Below, one piece after another: positions 52,201 to 64,000 of a stretch of 64,000 nucleotides of DNA. The stretch comes from Strigamia acuminata (lineage: Eukaryota): contig OX442314.1 of the NCBI GenBank assembly GCA_949358305.1, positions 5,456,001 to 5,520,000 of the forward strand, written 5' to 3'. The notes under the pieces are model-generated. The model had not been told where the DNA came from. It ran no database searches and worked only from the letters and a program-made list of their open reading frames with translations. Both the position numbers and the translations under genes were made by a program. The first letter of the stretch is position 1. Every line of letters begins with the position of its first letter.

Positions 52201-55200
52201 TGTGACGGTGACGACCACAACTCCCATTTAACAATGGTACCGGGAAGAGATCGCGATAAATAACAGTGAATACAATACGAGATAAATACAAGACAATTTA
52301 TTGTTGGCAAACAATATGCAGTGAGCTAAATTATACATAAGACTAATGCCAACATTTGGCAAGTTAACTGACTATTAAACTATACAAAGCATAGGCCAAT
52401 TGGTCCTAAAATAATATCATTACGTGTCTGGGATAAGGGAGCGGTTTCCCCATCGCTCGACCTGATTTACAGATGTCATCTAAGCCGGATGGCTGTGTCC
52501 TGGAGTCCGATATGGCTTCGCTGGTTTCCTTGGTTCGCTGTGTAAATTATCGCACGTCGATAAATCGAATGATCTGAGCATTGCGGTTGACTTTGTCTGC
52601 ACCGCCACAACTTTGGGAGGATATTGGTATAAGTAAATGTATTCATTTTACTTATCAATATTCCGCTTATGAATTATATTTAATTCATATCGTTGTGAAT
52701 TCTTATTTAGATATTTTTGTGGATAAGTTGTCATCAACTTATCAGTTACATTTGCGTCTTTGATGTAATCGTGATCGTAATTAAGTCTTCTGACTTGGTT
52801 AATCAACTTGTCGCCAAGTTAATATTTAGCTGTTATAAATAAAATGAAGATTAGGCTTCCCGTCGCAACACACAATTGCCGTCGAAAGAAAATATACGCC
52901 TTGCAATGCAGAACGGTATCAAGCGTCCCCTGCGTCGCGACACGGTCGTTCGTCTGGCGATTGACGGTATCACGTACACAGGAGTCGATAGCTCGCGGCT
53001 CCGCACAGCAGTATAATCTCTCGCGGTACTAATAATAGACCGACTACTTTGGCATCGAATACCATGAGAATCAGCTTGCCAAACACTTGGTGCTACTCGT
53101 GGTTACTGTAAAACAGACTGCTTTGGCACCATCCGGTGAAGGAACTAATTCTCAACAATACCGATGCTACTCGTGGTAACGGAATACGTTCATACCGAAA
53201 AAGACAACTTGGTCCTGTCCGGAGGATACTGAATTGCACAACGGCGGGTTCTCCCTCGGCGTCGCAACCGTAGACTGTAACATTTATGCAACATAATGAT
53301 CCCAGCACTTCGACTTCAATTGCCGGCGGTGGCATGATTCTGTAGAATCATGCAACGGTTCTTTGTGAATAAATCAACAAAGAACCAAAAGGTTTTTTTA
53401 CGTGAACAACGAATCATATTTCTTAAGTAACAATACCAAACAGAAAATAATCAAACAGAGCTGCAGAATGGCCGGTTGTTTGGGTTTATATAACCTGACT
53501 GGATTAAGGATTAATCCAGTTATCCAATTGGAACATGGGTTCCACGAATCCCTCCAATCCCGTATCACCGGAAGTGGATACGGAGGAACAATGTGCTAAT
53601 TCTCACCACAACCGGAACTGGATACCCAGGACCGGAAATGGATCCACCAATCAGATCTATTGGTTGATCGATTGATCACCAAATGTCCTGTCCCGCAGAA
53701 AATGGAAGTTACATTGTATTTAACATCACAAGACATTAATATATCTTTATATTAATGTTCACAAAGCTTCGTTTCATTCTAGTAAATATAGTTTTATATT
53801 TATTTACATGTTTTATATTCATATCTTGAATTTGCCGCTAAATCGTAATCGCGCCATCTTGTGGCAACATTGCGCATTGACAAATGCGGTTTTAGCAGAC
53901 GACTCTTCGTGATTCGGCCGGAATCCTTTGATATCAAGTAGGAATGAGTGTTTATTCTTAATAAACGAACATCTTTGTATTTGAAACATCATAAATAACT
54001 TTATTCCAGACATTTATCAGTTTTACACAGAATATCTTCGAGATATCATGATAATGGCGCAACAGCGCTTCTTTCTAAGAAAATAGGCATTTATAGCCAT
54101 TGTAAACCGTCACAAGTACTACTTCATTCGACCAACCATGTATTAAATCCAATGGTTCCAGAAGGTTAACTTCCTCTTCCTGGTTATTTAGGAATAACTA
54201 TATGAATAATATAGTTCAAAATTAAGTGGCTTTGTGTTTCAGTTTTCTTTAGTTAAAATTGATTTATTTAACTGAATGAGAGAATTTGCTTCATTGAAAT
54301 GATAAGTTATTCACAAACCTTTTTAACAGCCCAAAATGCATCACATTGCTGGTTGACAGATATTCAGATCCAGCTGACTACATTGCTTGTCGTTCAACTC
54401 AATTCCTGTCAACTGGATTCTAGCCTGACGAATCTGGTACACCTTAGCGACCAAACCTTAGCATTTATCACCCTGAAGACAAAGCCAAACAATTGGTAGC
54501 CATTTGCTTAAATTATTTCTTGGTCGCTAAGATGGGCGTCGCTAAAACGTACCATCTTAGGTCAAAGTCGCTAAGATTGGCGACGTATAGTCACTTAATC
54601 CAAGCCTGACGAGATTCAGGTGTTTTACTGTCCATTGATTTTACCTTACCTTCATAGGCTGGTAACACACTTCTGAAGGAAATAAATTTTCAAATACAAA
54701 TTCGAGAGGAACCATTTGGTTATTTGTTTTTTCTGAAAAACAGTGGAAAGATCTGCATCAATTTTCAAACGCATCAGCAATTTTAATTACAGTTAAATAC
54801 GAATTTGAAAAAGGCATTCAACTGCTTTATACACAATCGCCTTAAAATGAAGGAATGAACTTTACACAATTTTTTACCTAAAAACTGATCGTCCAATAGG
54901 ATGATTCGGCTGCTAGGGATAATTCGGGAAAATCATTTTCTATTAGTCTTTTCAGACCTTTAAAAAATTGCCAATTAATCTCATGCTGAAATGGTGGCAA
55001 AACTAAGCAATATCATCAATGGGCTGGGCAGTTAACTCAATTCACTTTATCAAAACAAATTTGACACCTTGTCCAAAAAATCCCAAAAAATTCCCAAATC
55101 ACCTAACTTTATAAGTTTCATCAACATCCAAGCAATAGATTTCGAGATACAAACTTTAGACACCATTGTTGACTTAGCACAAAAACCACAAGATCTAGAT

Positions 55201-56433
55201 GTCTGGAAGTTAAAGCTTAGTCTTTAAAACTTAAGTATAACCTCTCCATATTAGTTTTATCAACATCCAAGCAAAAGATTTTGAGAAACAGACTTTTAAG
55301 GACATCTGACACCATTGTTGACTTAGCACAAAAACCGCAAGATCTAGATGTCTGGCAGTTAAAACTTAGTCTTTAAAAGCTTAGTGTTTGTGAAATTACC
55401 TGTTGCTTTACATGCTTTTAAGATACGTACCTGTATTGATCTGTGTACAATGTCCAAAAGGAAGAGGAATAAGAGTTTTTGAAGTGTTTAATATAGCTTT
55501 AAATCCACGAATATACTATAAACGTCAAATAATTTAATATAATTTTCTAGTCCTGATTATATTTGAGAATGTACCTTATCAGATTTATCATCATCCAAAT
55601 TAAGTGTTTCGTGGACGTTGAGTGTGTTCCATATTTTTTGCAATGACAATTCGTTGTTGAACAATTGCCATGGTGATATATTATTGCAGGTGTTGTTAGT
55701 TTGGATCTCTAAATTCGATCTGGCCTCATCAATATCATCATCTTGTGTTTCACCACAGACCGTGACAGACGGATATTGCGTAAAGCGTCGTTGAACTACG
55801 CTCACTGTTTTAGTTATCGGTTCTTCAAAGTAGTAGTTCAAACGAATTTTCAAGCAATACAAAGTGAAACCTGAGCAAATTATAACCAGAATTGTCTTAA
55901 GAATAGCTGAAACTACTGTTAAACTTGAAGTAAATAAAAAGATATTCAAAGTTTACCAATCAATTTCTAAAGTCCTTGACTACAAGTGGATGTAACAGTT
56001 GAAAATCGCGTTGAAGTCCAAGATGGCGTTGGAGTATAAAGGAGCACGACCACACAGTTTTAGTTGAAAAAGTACACTGAGTTTTCTCTATTCATAAAAG
56101 GAAAAGGAAATGCAAATGACACGGTTCACAGAACCAATCACAAGCATCCGTAAGATAGGGGAATGACGTGTTCAGGCAGAGGAATGCGAAGGGATTAAAA
56201 GGGATTAACAAGTTAAGATTCCAATAAAAGAACAGGTCAACACATCTCAATGGAAATACAAAACACATTATAATATAAAAATGTAACATCGAAATCAAAT
56301 GCACAAATCAAATAAAATCATAAATTCAATATTAAAATTCACAAGTAAAAAATAGAAATATAAATCAACAATACTAATTTAAACAATATAAATGAAACTC
56401 AAATAATAATTCACGCGTAAAATCATCCGATTT

Positions 56434-59400
56434 TCACACTGCCGGGCGGGGATCACTTGACTCTACTTCCAAACGCACAAGACGTTGTATCGGTCGACGT
56501 AAATGTTCTCCATTAGCGAGCACCATCTCACATGATCTGATTTTATTATCTCGACCCTGCTTAACTTCGACCACTCTACCCATTTTCCATTTTAGACGTG
56601 GTTTGAATGGTTCCTCAATTATAACGACGTCGTTCAACTGGAGTTCTCGCACGCCTGGTTTGCCCGTTTGAATTTTCAGATCCGTCAAATATTCCCGAGA
56701 CCAACGATTCCAGAATGAGAGTAATACACGTTGTTGGTAGCGCCATTGTCGAATAAACTGTTGCTGAGTCGGTTCGAGGTTGTCTGTTGCTCCCGAGTCG
56801 GGCAGGTGAGTCAACATCACGCCAGTCAAAAAGTGTGCGGGCGTAAGTGGCTCAATTTCGTTTGGGTTGTCATACACGTAGGTGATCGGTCTGCGATTTA
56901 TTACTGCTTCAGTTTGCACAAGAAAAGTTCCGAGCTGATAGAAGTTCAAGTGCGCCGAACCGATTGCTTTCCTCAAACACCTCTTGACCGTCTGCACCAT
57001 CCTCTCCCAGAACCCGCCCCACCACGGTCCGTTTTCGACGATGAACTTCCAATCGATGCCCTTTTGGGCCAAGTAATTTCGAAACGTCTCGTCCTTCGTG
57101 TGATTTAAGAGTGAGGCGAGCTCTTTGTGGGCGCGGTGGAATGTAGTTCCGTTGTCGCTGTACATCGTTTTCGGAAGCCCTCGGCGACCAATAAAGCGCT
57201 CGAACGCTCCCATAAAGTCTGTTGTTGCTAGCGAGGGCACCAATTCCAAATGGACGGCTCGAATTGTCGCACATGTAAATACAGCTACGTACGCTTTAGT
57301 TTTCCGTCCCTTCACTATTATTGGTCCCGCGAAGTCGACTCCGGTGACTGCAAACGGTTGGGTTTTTGACGTCCTGTCGGCTGGAAGGGCGCCTGGCATT
57401 TCCCGCATCAATCGTCCGTTGATTTTTTTGCAGACGACGCAACGATCCAACATGGTCTTCAAGGTCCTCCTTGCGGATGGAGTCCAGTAGTTTTCCCGAA
57501 ATTTGGATAGCGTGGATGTCAGTCCGCAATGGAGGACCTGTAAATGTGAAAATTGCAAAATTAGTTCAGTCAGTTTGTGTTTAGGGGGTAAAATTAAAGG
57601 TTGAGTGGCAGTAGGCAAATCTCGCGATTCATGCAGTCTGTTTCGCAGCTCGATTAATCCCATTTCGTTTAGTCGTGGATTCAGGTCCCGTAGCTTTGAT
57701 TCTCCATGAACTGGTCTGCCATTCCTCATTCTTTCGATTTCTCGGCCATAAACCTCCGTTTGCGCAATTTTAATCAAACTGAATTTCGCGCGTGTCAGCT
57801 CGGCTGCTTTCAATGGGCCTCGATCTCGTCGACTGGCATCTGTTTGCCGTTTCCCAGCGTTGTCTGCGAACCTGAAAACCCATGCCAGCGTTCGGATTGC
57901 CTTTGACAGCGATCCAAACCTGTCAAACGGAAAAATATTAGTGGTTGTTTGCACTGCTTCGACGTGAATTTCTGCAATTTCTTCATCGTCTTGCTCTTCG
58001 ACCGTTTCTGACGGCACTTTCGGCCATTCTTGGCGACTTCCGCGCAACCAGTCCGGCCCTTGCCACCAAAGTTGGTCGGATATCATGGCTTCCGCGTCCA
58101 TCCCCCTCGTCAGACGGTCAGCTGGATTTTCTATTCCAGGCACGTGATTCCATTCTTCCACTCTCGATTTTTCTCTTATTTCCAAGACTCGATTATGCAC
58201 GAAGGTCGGTGGTCGTTTGGACGTGTTTCCAATCCAGTGGAGGCATATTTGCGAATCTGTCCAAAAAAATATTTCACCTGGCGTCACCAACTCCTTAATT
58301 TGGTCGGAGAGGCGCACAGCAATCAATGCTCCCATGAGTTCAAGTTTTGGTAGAGTTAGTGGTTTGACAGGAGCTACACGACACTTTGAAATTATAAAAT
58401 TTGTTTTGATCAAATCACCAGTACTGTTCTGTATATAGGCCACTGCCCCGTATGCCTTCGGACTCGCGTCGCAAAATATGTGCACTTCACACTGGTCGAA
58501 CTCGTCCAATCCTAACCATCGTGGAATTTGAATGTATCTCAACGTGGGAATTTGGTCGGTCCATTTTTTCCAGTCGGTGAGCAATTCGTTGCCCAATTCG
58601 TCGTCCCATGGCAGGTTCTTGAGCCACAGGGATTGGAAGAACATTCGTGCAGTCACCGTGAATGGCGTGGCAAATCCTAAAGGGTCGAATATTTGAGACG
58701 TTATTTTTATTACTTCTCTTTTTGTTGTTTTCTTGCAAGATGGGCAAGTTTCTTCGACCGCTAGACCCAACTCGTCCGAGTTTGGGTTCCACTTGACTCC
58801 CAACACTTTGGTCTCTTCATCTGACATCAGCTGAGAGTCAGTGGGATTTTCCTCGCGAAATTTTGTTCTTAGTTCTGGCGAATTGGTCTGCCACTTGGCG
58901 AGTTCCATGCCGGCTGCTACAAAAATCAGATTAGCTTGTTGGAATGTTACCAGCGCTTCAGCGTCGTTTTTGAGCGAAGAGATGAAGTCGTCCACGTACA
59001 GGCATCGCAATAGCAACTTCACAGTGTTGGGGTACTGTTTCTCGAATTTGCGCAGGTGGTGTCGGATGGTCGCGCTCAACAGAAATGGGCTCGGAGTAGC
59101 GCCAAATAATACTCGAGTTTGTCGTAGTATTTTCAGCAGTGCCTTTCCTACGCCGTCCCAGTGTTCATCAATCCAGAAGAATCTCGTTGCGTCGCGGTCC
59201 TTCAAGGCGATTTCGATCATGTGAAACGCCTTTTTGATGTCTCCCACGATGGCCACTCTTCCGATACGAAATCCCAACAGCACCAATATTAATGACGGCA
59301 AAAAATTGATACCTTTCGACAAGCAGTCGTTCAAGGAGAGATGTCCCTTTCGATGTGAAGATGCATCAAATACCACTCTCAATTTCGTGGTTACGCGTTC

Positions 59401-61704
59401 TTCCTTGATGACTGGGCTGTGTGGCATGTAGTAAATGGGTCCTGTTGCCGTTTGATTCGGAATTTCTTCAACAATGCCTGTTTTCAGTTGTTCGTCGATG
59501 ACTTTCTTGTATTCCAAATACAGGTTGGGTTGTTTTCTGAAACGACGGATTAGTGACATGATACGTTGCTCGGCGCCTCGATAGTTGTCGTCCAGCTCGT
59601 TGCTATTCACAATCCACGGCAGCTCCACTGAATAATTCGATCCCGTCCACTTGATTGCTTTTTCGAACTTTTCCAACGTCTCAGCGTCGTCGTTCGTTTC
59701 GACCGACTCGTGGCGGACTCCGATCGGTTCCAGCTCCCACATCCGGCGCAAAAGATTATCTGTTGATGGGGTAAGTGTTATTTTGTTAATTCTCACCGGT
59801 GCAGCAATGACTCTCGTTCCGTTTGTAGTCTGTCCGTGTAATGTCCAACCAAATTTCGTTTTTACTGCAATTAAGTTTTCTTCCAAAAATTCTGTTTGTC
59901 CAGTCATCACTCGCCAGTAATGGTCCACTCCAATTAGCAGGTCCACTTCCTTCGAATGCAACGCAACTTGCTTGCAGGCCACTTCGGTTTTTCTTCGTTG
60001 TAGTTCCGCTTTGAGTTGTTTGTTCGGTTGTTCTCCAGGAGTGGACGTGACGTGGTCAGCTTCGATGGCTTCAATTGTGACTGCTGGCGACTTCGAGTTG
60101 GCGGGGCTGAGGACTAACTCGACTCTGTTGCGAACTTCTGATCTGGGCTCTTGCCCAAACACGGCCAAATTTATCGTTTCAGTGCCTAAAATTCTCAAAT
60201 TCAATTTTTTAGTCAATTCAGAGCGTATGAAGGTACGTTGGGCTCCCCCATCGATATAGCACACTCCCAAAGCTGAGTGCGTTGGTCCGGCCATCTTCAC
60301 CATCTGCACCATCAAAAATTCGGACTTGGGTGGACAGGTGGTAACGACTGCGTTGGTGTGGGTGATTCCCTCGCCGGCTTCTGTAGCTTTTGGTGTGTCG
60401 CACACGTGGGTGTGATGCGCTCCCTCGCAGCTGTAGCATTTCATGCGAGTCCTACATTCTTCCGTCTTGTGGGGCACTTTCCCCAAGCATCTCATGCAAA
60501 TCCCTTTTTTCTGCCGTCTTTTACGTCTCTCCTCCATCGTGAGCGGGCATCTTTTCCGATTGTGTTCTGTGGAATCGCAAAATTGACATTTCATTATTAA
60601 TACTGACAGTTGCGACGCCGATCCCGATCGAGGTTCCTTTTCTTTTCGACTAAATCGTCCTTTGTTGGGGAGATTGTTGTCCGACGTTTTGTTGTGAGAC
60701 GTTTCTGGCTTCGATTGGGTTTTTAGCATGTCGTATTTGGCGTGTTTAGCTATGTGATCACTCAACCAGTCCATCAACCTTGCTATCGACCTCTCTCCGT
60801 CGCAGTCTTTGTCATATTCCATGATTATACTGCGCGGAACAGCCGACGACAGCACGGGGAAAATGGTCCGCTGTATTTCTGCCAAAGGCACGTCAATGTT
60901 GGCTAAATTTTCTATGTTAACTTCCACGTGTCTGTGGAGTTTTTGTAAACCCATTCGATCTCGCTCGCTGCTAACAGATGGCAAATTTATGAGATTAGAC
61001 AGGTATTTATTTTCGAGTACGATTTTATCGCCGTATTTCTTCTGCAGACGTGCGATTGCGACGGTGTAATTTCCTGCGGTGATTTCGAGTGCCTTTATAT
61101 CGTCGAGCGCCTCTCCAACCAGGTAATTTCTTAAATATAAAAGTTTATTTGTTCCATCCAATTGTTCATCGTCTCCGACTTGGATAGAAAATGTCTTCCA
61201 AAACCCTCCCCATTCTTCTGGCTTACGCCCGTCAAACTTAGGTATTTCTAGCGGCTTACGTTTGATGAATGGCTGGCCGTTCGTCGGGGTCGTGCGTGGT
61301 GTTGCCGCCGTCACTGCTGCGGTAATAGCCGCCGCTAGTGCGTCGATGTCTGCCGGTTGCGCGTCCGCGTTCGGTCGTGGATTCTGGGGTAAATTAGGCG
61401 GGTAATTCATTTGAGTGTACCTGCTTAGATCGGCTCTTGATGCGGCCAAGCGGTCCTCCAATGCGTCGAGTGCTATTACGGTCTCGTCAATCTCCTGGTC
61501 GTTTTTTGCTTGATCCAGTGTGGCGTCGAACGTTTGTTGCACTCGCTTCTGTTTTTGTTCGAGCTGTTGCAGCCATAATTCGATTGTGGCTTGCGGAATT
61601 GCAGCTCGCCCATTCAGCGCAGTGGTTATCGTGGTCAGGAGTGTTTCCGTGACCATCATGGCCGCTCGGAATGCTTTGTTCTTTAACTCGAAATTTCTCA
61701 CCAT
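56434..61704 (-). CDS. BEL/Pao gag-pol polyprotein, 1756 aa
   Basis: Gag (LEIPKFDG...W..FW..F), three Cys/His knuckles, protease [23 protein letters not shown], RNase H FCDAS/LPKLEL, integrase HHCC, GVDFAG, SDNG, WERMV. Confidence 0.97.
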   Translation of the reverse strand: MVRNFELKNKAFRAAMMVTETLLTTITTALNGRAAIPQATIELWLQQLEQKQKRVQQTFDATLDQAKNDQEIDETVIALDALEDRLAASRADLSRYTQMNYPPNLPQNPRPNADAQPADIDALAAAITAAVTAATPRTTPTNGQPFIKRKPLEIPKFDGRKPEEWGGFWKTFSIQVGDDEQLDGTNKLLYLRNYLVGEALDDIKALEITAGNYTVAIARLQKKYGDKIVLENKYLSNLINLPSVSSERDRMGLQKLHRHVEVNIENLANIDVPLAEIQRTIFPVLSSAVPRSIIMEYDKDCDGERSIARLMDWLSDHIAKHAKYDMLKTQSKPETSHNKTSDNNLPNKGRFSRKEKEPRSGSASQLSVLIMKCQFCDSTEHNRKRCPLTMEERRKRRQKKGICMRCLGKVPHKTEECRTRMKCYSCEGAHHTHVCDTPKATEAGEGITHTNAVVTTCPPKSEFLMVQMVKMAGPTHSALGVCYIDGGAQRTFIRSELTKKLNLRILGTETINLAVFGQEPRSEVRNRVELVLSPANSKSPAVTIEAIEADHVTSTPGEQPNKQLKAELQRRKTEVACKQVALHSKEVDLLIGVDHYWRVMTGQTEFLEENLIAVKTKFGWTLHGQTTNGTRVIAAPVRINKITLTPSTDNLLRRMWELEPIGVRHESVETNDDAETLEKFEKAIKWTGSNYSVELPWIVNSNELDDNYRGAEQRIMSLIRRFRKQPNLYLEYKKVIDEQLKTGIVEEIPNQTATGPIYYMPHSPVIKEERVTTKLRVVFDASSHRKGHLSLNDCLSKGINFLPSLILVLLGFRIGRVAIVGDIKKAFHMIEIALKDRDATRFFWIDEHWDGVGKALLKILRQTRVLFGATPSPFLLSATIRHHLRKFEKQYPNTVKLLLRCLYVDDFISSLKNDAEALVTFQQANLIFVAAGMELAKWQTNSPELRTKFREENPTDSQLMSDEETKVLGVKWNPNSDELGLAVEETCPSCKKTTKREVIKITSQIFDPLGFATPFTVTARMFFQSLWLKNLPWDDELGNELLTDWKKWTDQIPTLRYIQIPRWLGLDEFDQCEVHIFCDASPKAYGAVAYIQNSTGDLIKTNFIISKCRVAPVKPLTLPKLELMGALIAVRLSDQIKELVTPGEIFFWTDSQICLHWIGNTSKRPPTFVHNRVLEIREKSRVEEWNHVPGIENPADRLTRGMDAEAMISDQLWWQGPDWLRGSRQEWPKVPSETVEEQDDEEIAEIHVEAVQTTTNIFPFDRFGSLSKAIRTLAWVFRFADNAGKRQTDASRRDRGPLKAAELTRAKFSLIKIAQTEVYGREIERMRNGRPVHGESKLRDLNPRLNEMGLIELRNRLHESRDLPTATQPLILPPKHKLTELILQFSHLQVLHCGLTSTLSKFRENYWTPSARRTLKTMLDRCVVCKKINGRLMREMPGALPADRTSKTQPFAVTGVDFAGPIIVKGRKTKAYVAVFTCATIRAVHLELVPSLATTDFMGAFERFIGRRGLPKTMYSDNGTTFHRAHKELASLLNHTKDETFRNYLAQKGIDWKFIVENGPWWGGFWERMVQTVKRCLRKAIGSAHLNFYQLGTFLVQTEAVINRRPITYVYDNPNEIEPLTPAHFLTGVMLTHLPDSGATDNLEPTQQQFIRQWRYQQRVLLSFWNRWSREYLTDLKIQTGKPGVRELQLNDVVIIEEPFKPRLKWKMGRVVEVKQGRDNKIRSCEMVLANGEHLRRPIQRLVRLEVESSDPRPAV

Positions 61705-61742
61705 TTTAGTAGATTTTTAGATGAATTCGGAATTTAAAATGT

Positions 61743-61760
61743 TCCCGGGTTTCGGCACCA
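61743..61760 (-). promoter_or_regulatory. Primer-binding site complementary to tRNA-Phe 3' end
   Basis: Plus strand TCCCGGGTTTCGGCACCA, 1 nt from the 5' LTR. Confidence 0.9.
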
Positions 61761-63691
61761 ATGTTAAACTTGAAGTAAATAAAAAGATATTCAAAGTTTA
61801 CCAATCAATTTCTAAAGTCCTTGACTACAAGTGGATGTAACAGTTGAAAATCGCGTTGAAGTCCAAGATGGCGTTGGAGTATAAAGGAGCACGACCACAC
61901 AGTTTTAGTTGAAAAAGTACACTGAGTTTTTTCTATTCATAAAAGGAAAAGGAAATGCAAATGACACGGTTCACAGAACCAATCACAAGCATCCGTAAGA
62001 TAGGGGAATGACGTGTTCAGGCAGAGGAATGCGAAGGGATTAAAAGGGATTAACAAGTTAAGATTCCAATAAAAGAACAGGTCAACACATCTCAATGGAA
62101 ATACAAAACACATTATAATATAAAAATGTAACATCGAAATCAAATGCACAAATCAAATAAAATCATAAATTCAATATTAAAATTCACAAGTAAAAAATAG
62201 AAATATAAATCAACAATACTAATTTAAACAATATAAATGAAACTCAAATAATAATTCACGCGTAAAATCATCCGATTTTCACAACTACAATTCTTTTAAT
62301 TTTCATCTGACTATGAGTTATTTTCTTTGTGCATTTGTCGTAAACTCGGCAAATCTTATTACCCGGTTTTTTTCCCCGAATGTTTGCTAGATACCAAGCG
62401 ATTTCAGGCAACGAGGTTAACGATAGACCGAGAAATAGGCCCAGATTGCCTCCTAAATCTGATAGTAAATCAATAACATCATATGTGAACCGTTCTTCAT
62501 ACACGTTGATTTTATCGTTAGTTATTGCTAACGATATAGATACAGTGTTTTTATCATCTGCTGGGTTTGCATCAGTGGATGGTGTAAACATTAAATATTC
62601 ACATGGACGTCGACATTGACAATCAGCAATTGGGTCGGTAGTTTCAATTAAACGATTTGCAACACCATATAGTTCGTGGGTGGTATTTGAACATTTGCAA
62701 AGTGGTAATTCTATCTTTGTAAAGGGAAATCTTGCAAAAAGATGTTTGATTAATACAGTATTTTGATTGTAGTTACTGTATGCATATATCATGCATTCTT
62801 ACCTGCATGTCAGATGTTTTTTCAATTTATTCATTAAGCATCCACGGTAGCATTCTTTGTATTCGTTTTTGCTGGAGCATGAACTCGTGGATGAATTGAG
62901 AAATATGAACTAAAATTTAAAAGTTTATCTCTGTGTGTGATAATTTTCATTTAAGACTAAAAAATTTACTTTCTTAAAACTCAAATTTAATTTTAATATT
63001 TCACCAAGCTTTGGTATTGTTACATCAATGTTCCTGCCGAAATCGGAGAATGACATGTAAAGCTAAGTCAAAATAGAAAAAAAAATAAATAACAAAATTT
63101 TTATTTTCTGATTCATTAGTAATAATTTAGTAAGCTTACTATGTACGGAGCGATAAGGCATACGTAATCATATTTATTTTCAATATTTACAGTCAATAAA
63201 TTCCGAACAAATGATTTACTAGAAGCTGTAGCTGTAACAATAAATGATACTTGTTATCAAGTAGGTTAGAAGACATGTTTTTTGTCTATAGTTACAAAAT
63301 TGAAATGTTGAGCAGATTCCATACGAAGTGTCAGTTTCCGTGAGAACAACTGTTTTGTTGGAAAATCCCTAAATAAATTAGGTTTAAATCAGTTTTTAAA
63401 AAAGAAAAAAAAAATTATTTTTACTTTTTTTACCTTTATTTTAATGCTGACTATCTCTTTGGTTAAATTCGTCGCTTTCCAAAGTTCATCCATATTATAA
63501 GTTGGTATTTTCATCAGACTTTTCACCATATTTGCACATTCATAGTTGGGTGAAAACGGATCAGCCACAATATTCGGATAAGTTTTATTCCAAAGCCTGA
63601 CCATTTCTTTTGTGTTGCCACTGCAGATCATCAAGCGTGGTAACACAATCTCTTCCGATTTGGTCGTTACGTCAACAGTTGTAGGATAACT

Positions 63692-64000
63692 TGTGGTGAT
63701 TCAGCATCACCTGAAGAAGTAATTAGCGGTGATTATTGTGTTACTAATACTCGCCACTAGAGCGCGCTAGAAATACCGACTAGACTGACTAGTCGCGTGT
63801 TTCTGCGAACCTGCATAATCAGAAGGATTTGCATATGACGTCATTTCCGGTTAATATATATAGCCAATGCTTGACCGGAAACGACACTACAGTTACCACA
63901 TTTCAGCAAGAGCACCATTTACCTCACCTTTCAGGCCGTTTCACGGATTGATCGAGGACCGGTGCCCGCTGACCATTTCAACTGTACAACAGCCACATTT
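63692..64000. mobile_element. Insertion (putative LTR) interrupting exon 1 of copy C; runs off the right edge
   Basis: Homology to copy B exon 1 (SYPTTVDV) ends abruptly at a TGTGGTG start; TATA-like run at ~63855; possible inverted end TTACCACA at 63893-63900. Confidence 0.6.

Larger units (their letters stand above)
44449..54114 (-). mobile_element. Non-autonomous (LARD-like) Gypsy-type LTR element, 1914-bp LTRs (44449-46362, 52201-54114)
   Basis: TGTGACGG...CCGTCACA LTR ends, 4-bp TSD AGTA, PPT AAGGGGGATG before the left LTR on the minus strand, tRNA-Gln PBS after the right LTR; six ORF-track entries are identical at offset 7752; no gag/pol motifs found. Confidence 0.92.
55917..62283 (-). 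mobile_element. Full-length BEL/Pao LTR retrotransposon
   Basis: 522-bp LTRs (55917-56438, 61762-62283; one mismatch seen), 5-bp TSD ACTAC, tRNA-Phe PBS, single intact gag-pol ORF. Confidence 0.97.
42421..63691 (-). pseudogene. Tandem double-domain DEG/ENaC channel, copy C, disrupted by insertions in exons 1, 6 and 9
   Basis: Exons 63691-63434 (partial), 63368-63296, 63231-63140, 63062-62970, 62909-62803, 62730-62284+55911-55575, 55515-55431, 54732-54650, 54197-54115+44444-44432, 44363-44254, 42793-42421; all in frame once insertions and one TSD copy are removed. Confidence 0.88.

Noticed and set aside
44449..54114. 1.9-kb direct repeat as an assembly artefact or segmental duplication
   Set aside because: TG...CA ends, TSD, PBS and PPT define an LTR element that splits a host exon precisely.
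56731..61720. Many antisense and alternative-frame ORFs over the BEL polyprotein
   Set aside because: Expected shadow ORFs of a long GC-balanced CDS; no recognisable domains.

Overview
AT-rich, intron-dense eukaryotic (metazoan, probably arthropod) DNA; no rRNA, tRNA genes or CRISPR. A compact block of conserved genes (YIPF4, EXO1, TMEM179-family, G2E3/PHF7-like, MRPL34, CCS, KLHDC1/2 and an unrecognised 94-aa microprotein) is interleaved with three paralogous DEG/ENaC (pickpocket/ASIC-family) genes and many transposons. Main result: the DEG/ENaC genes encode TWO channel subunits in one polypeptide (TM1-ECD-TM2-linker-TM1-ECD-TM2). The junction lies inside a single open exon in all three paralogs, and the intron-phase series is repeated twice, so this is a natural concatemer and not a gene-model fusion. 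Copy B (25930-31228) is intact (11 exons, 824 aa by manual splicing). Copy C is broken only by LTR-type insertions in three coding exons. Copy A is 5'-disrupted and frameshifted. Other notable items are a pol-less 9.7-kb LTR element with an orphan ORF and three tandem tRNA-Gln primer-binding sites, an intact BEL/Pao element in the inter-subunit linker of copy C, and unrelated intronic minisatellites whose periods cluster on multiples of ~10.2 bp. All exon models and family assignments were made by eye without database searches.
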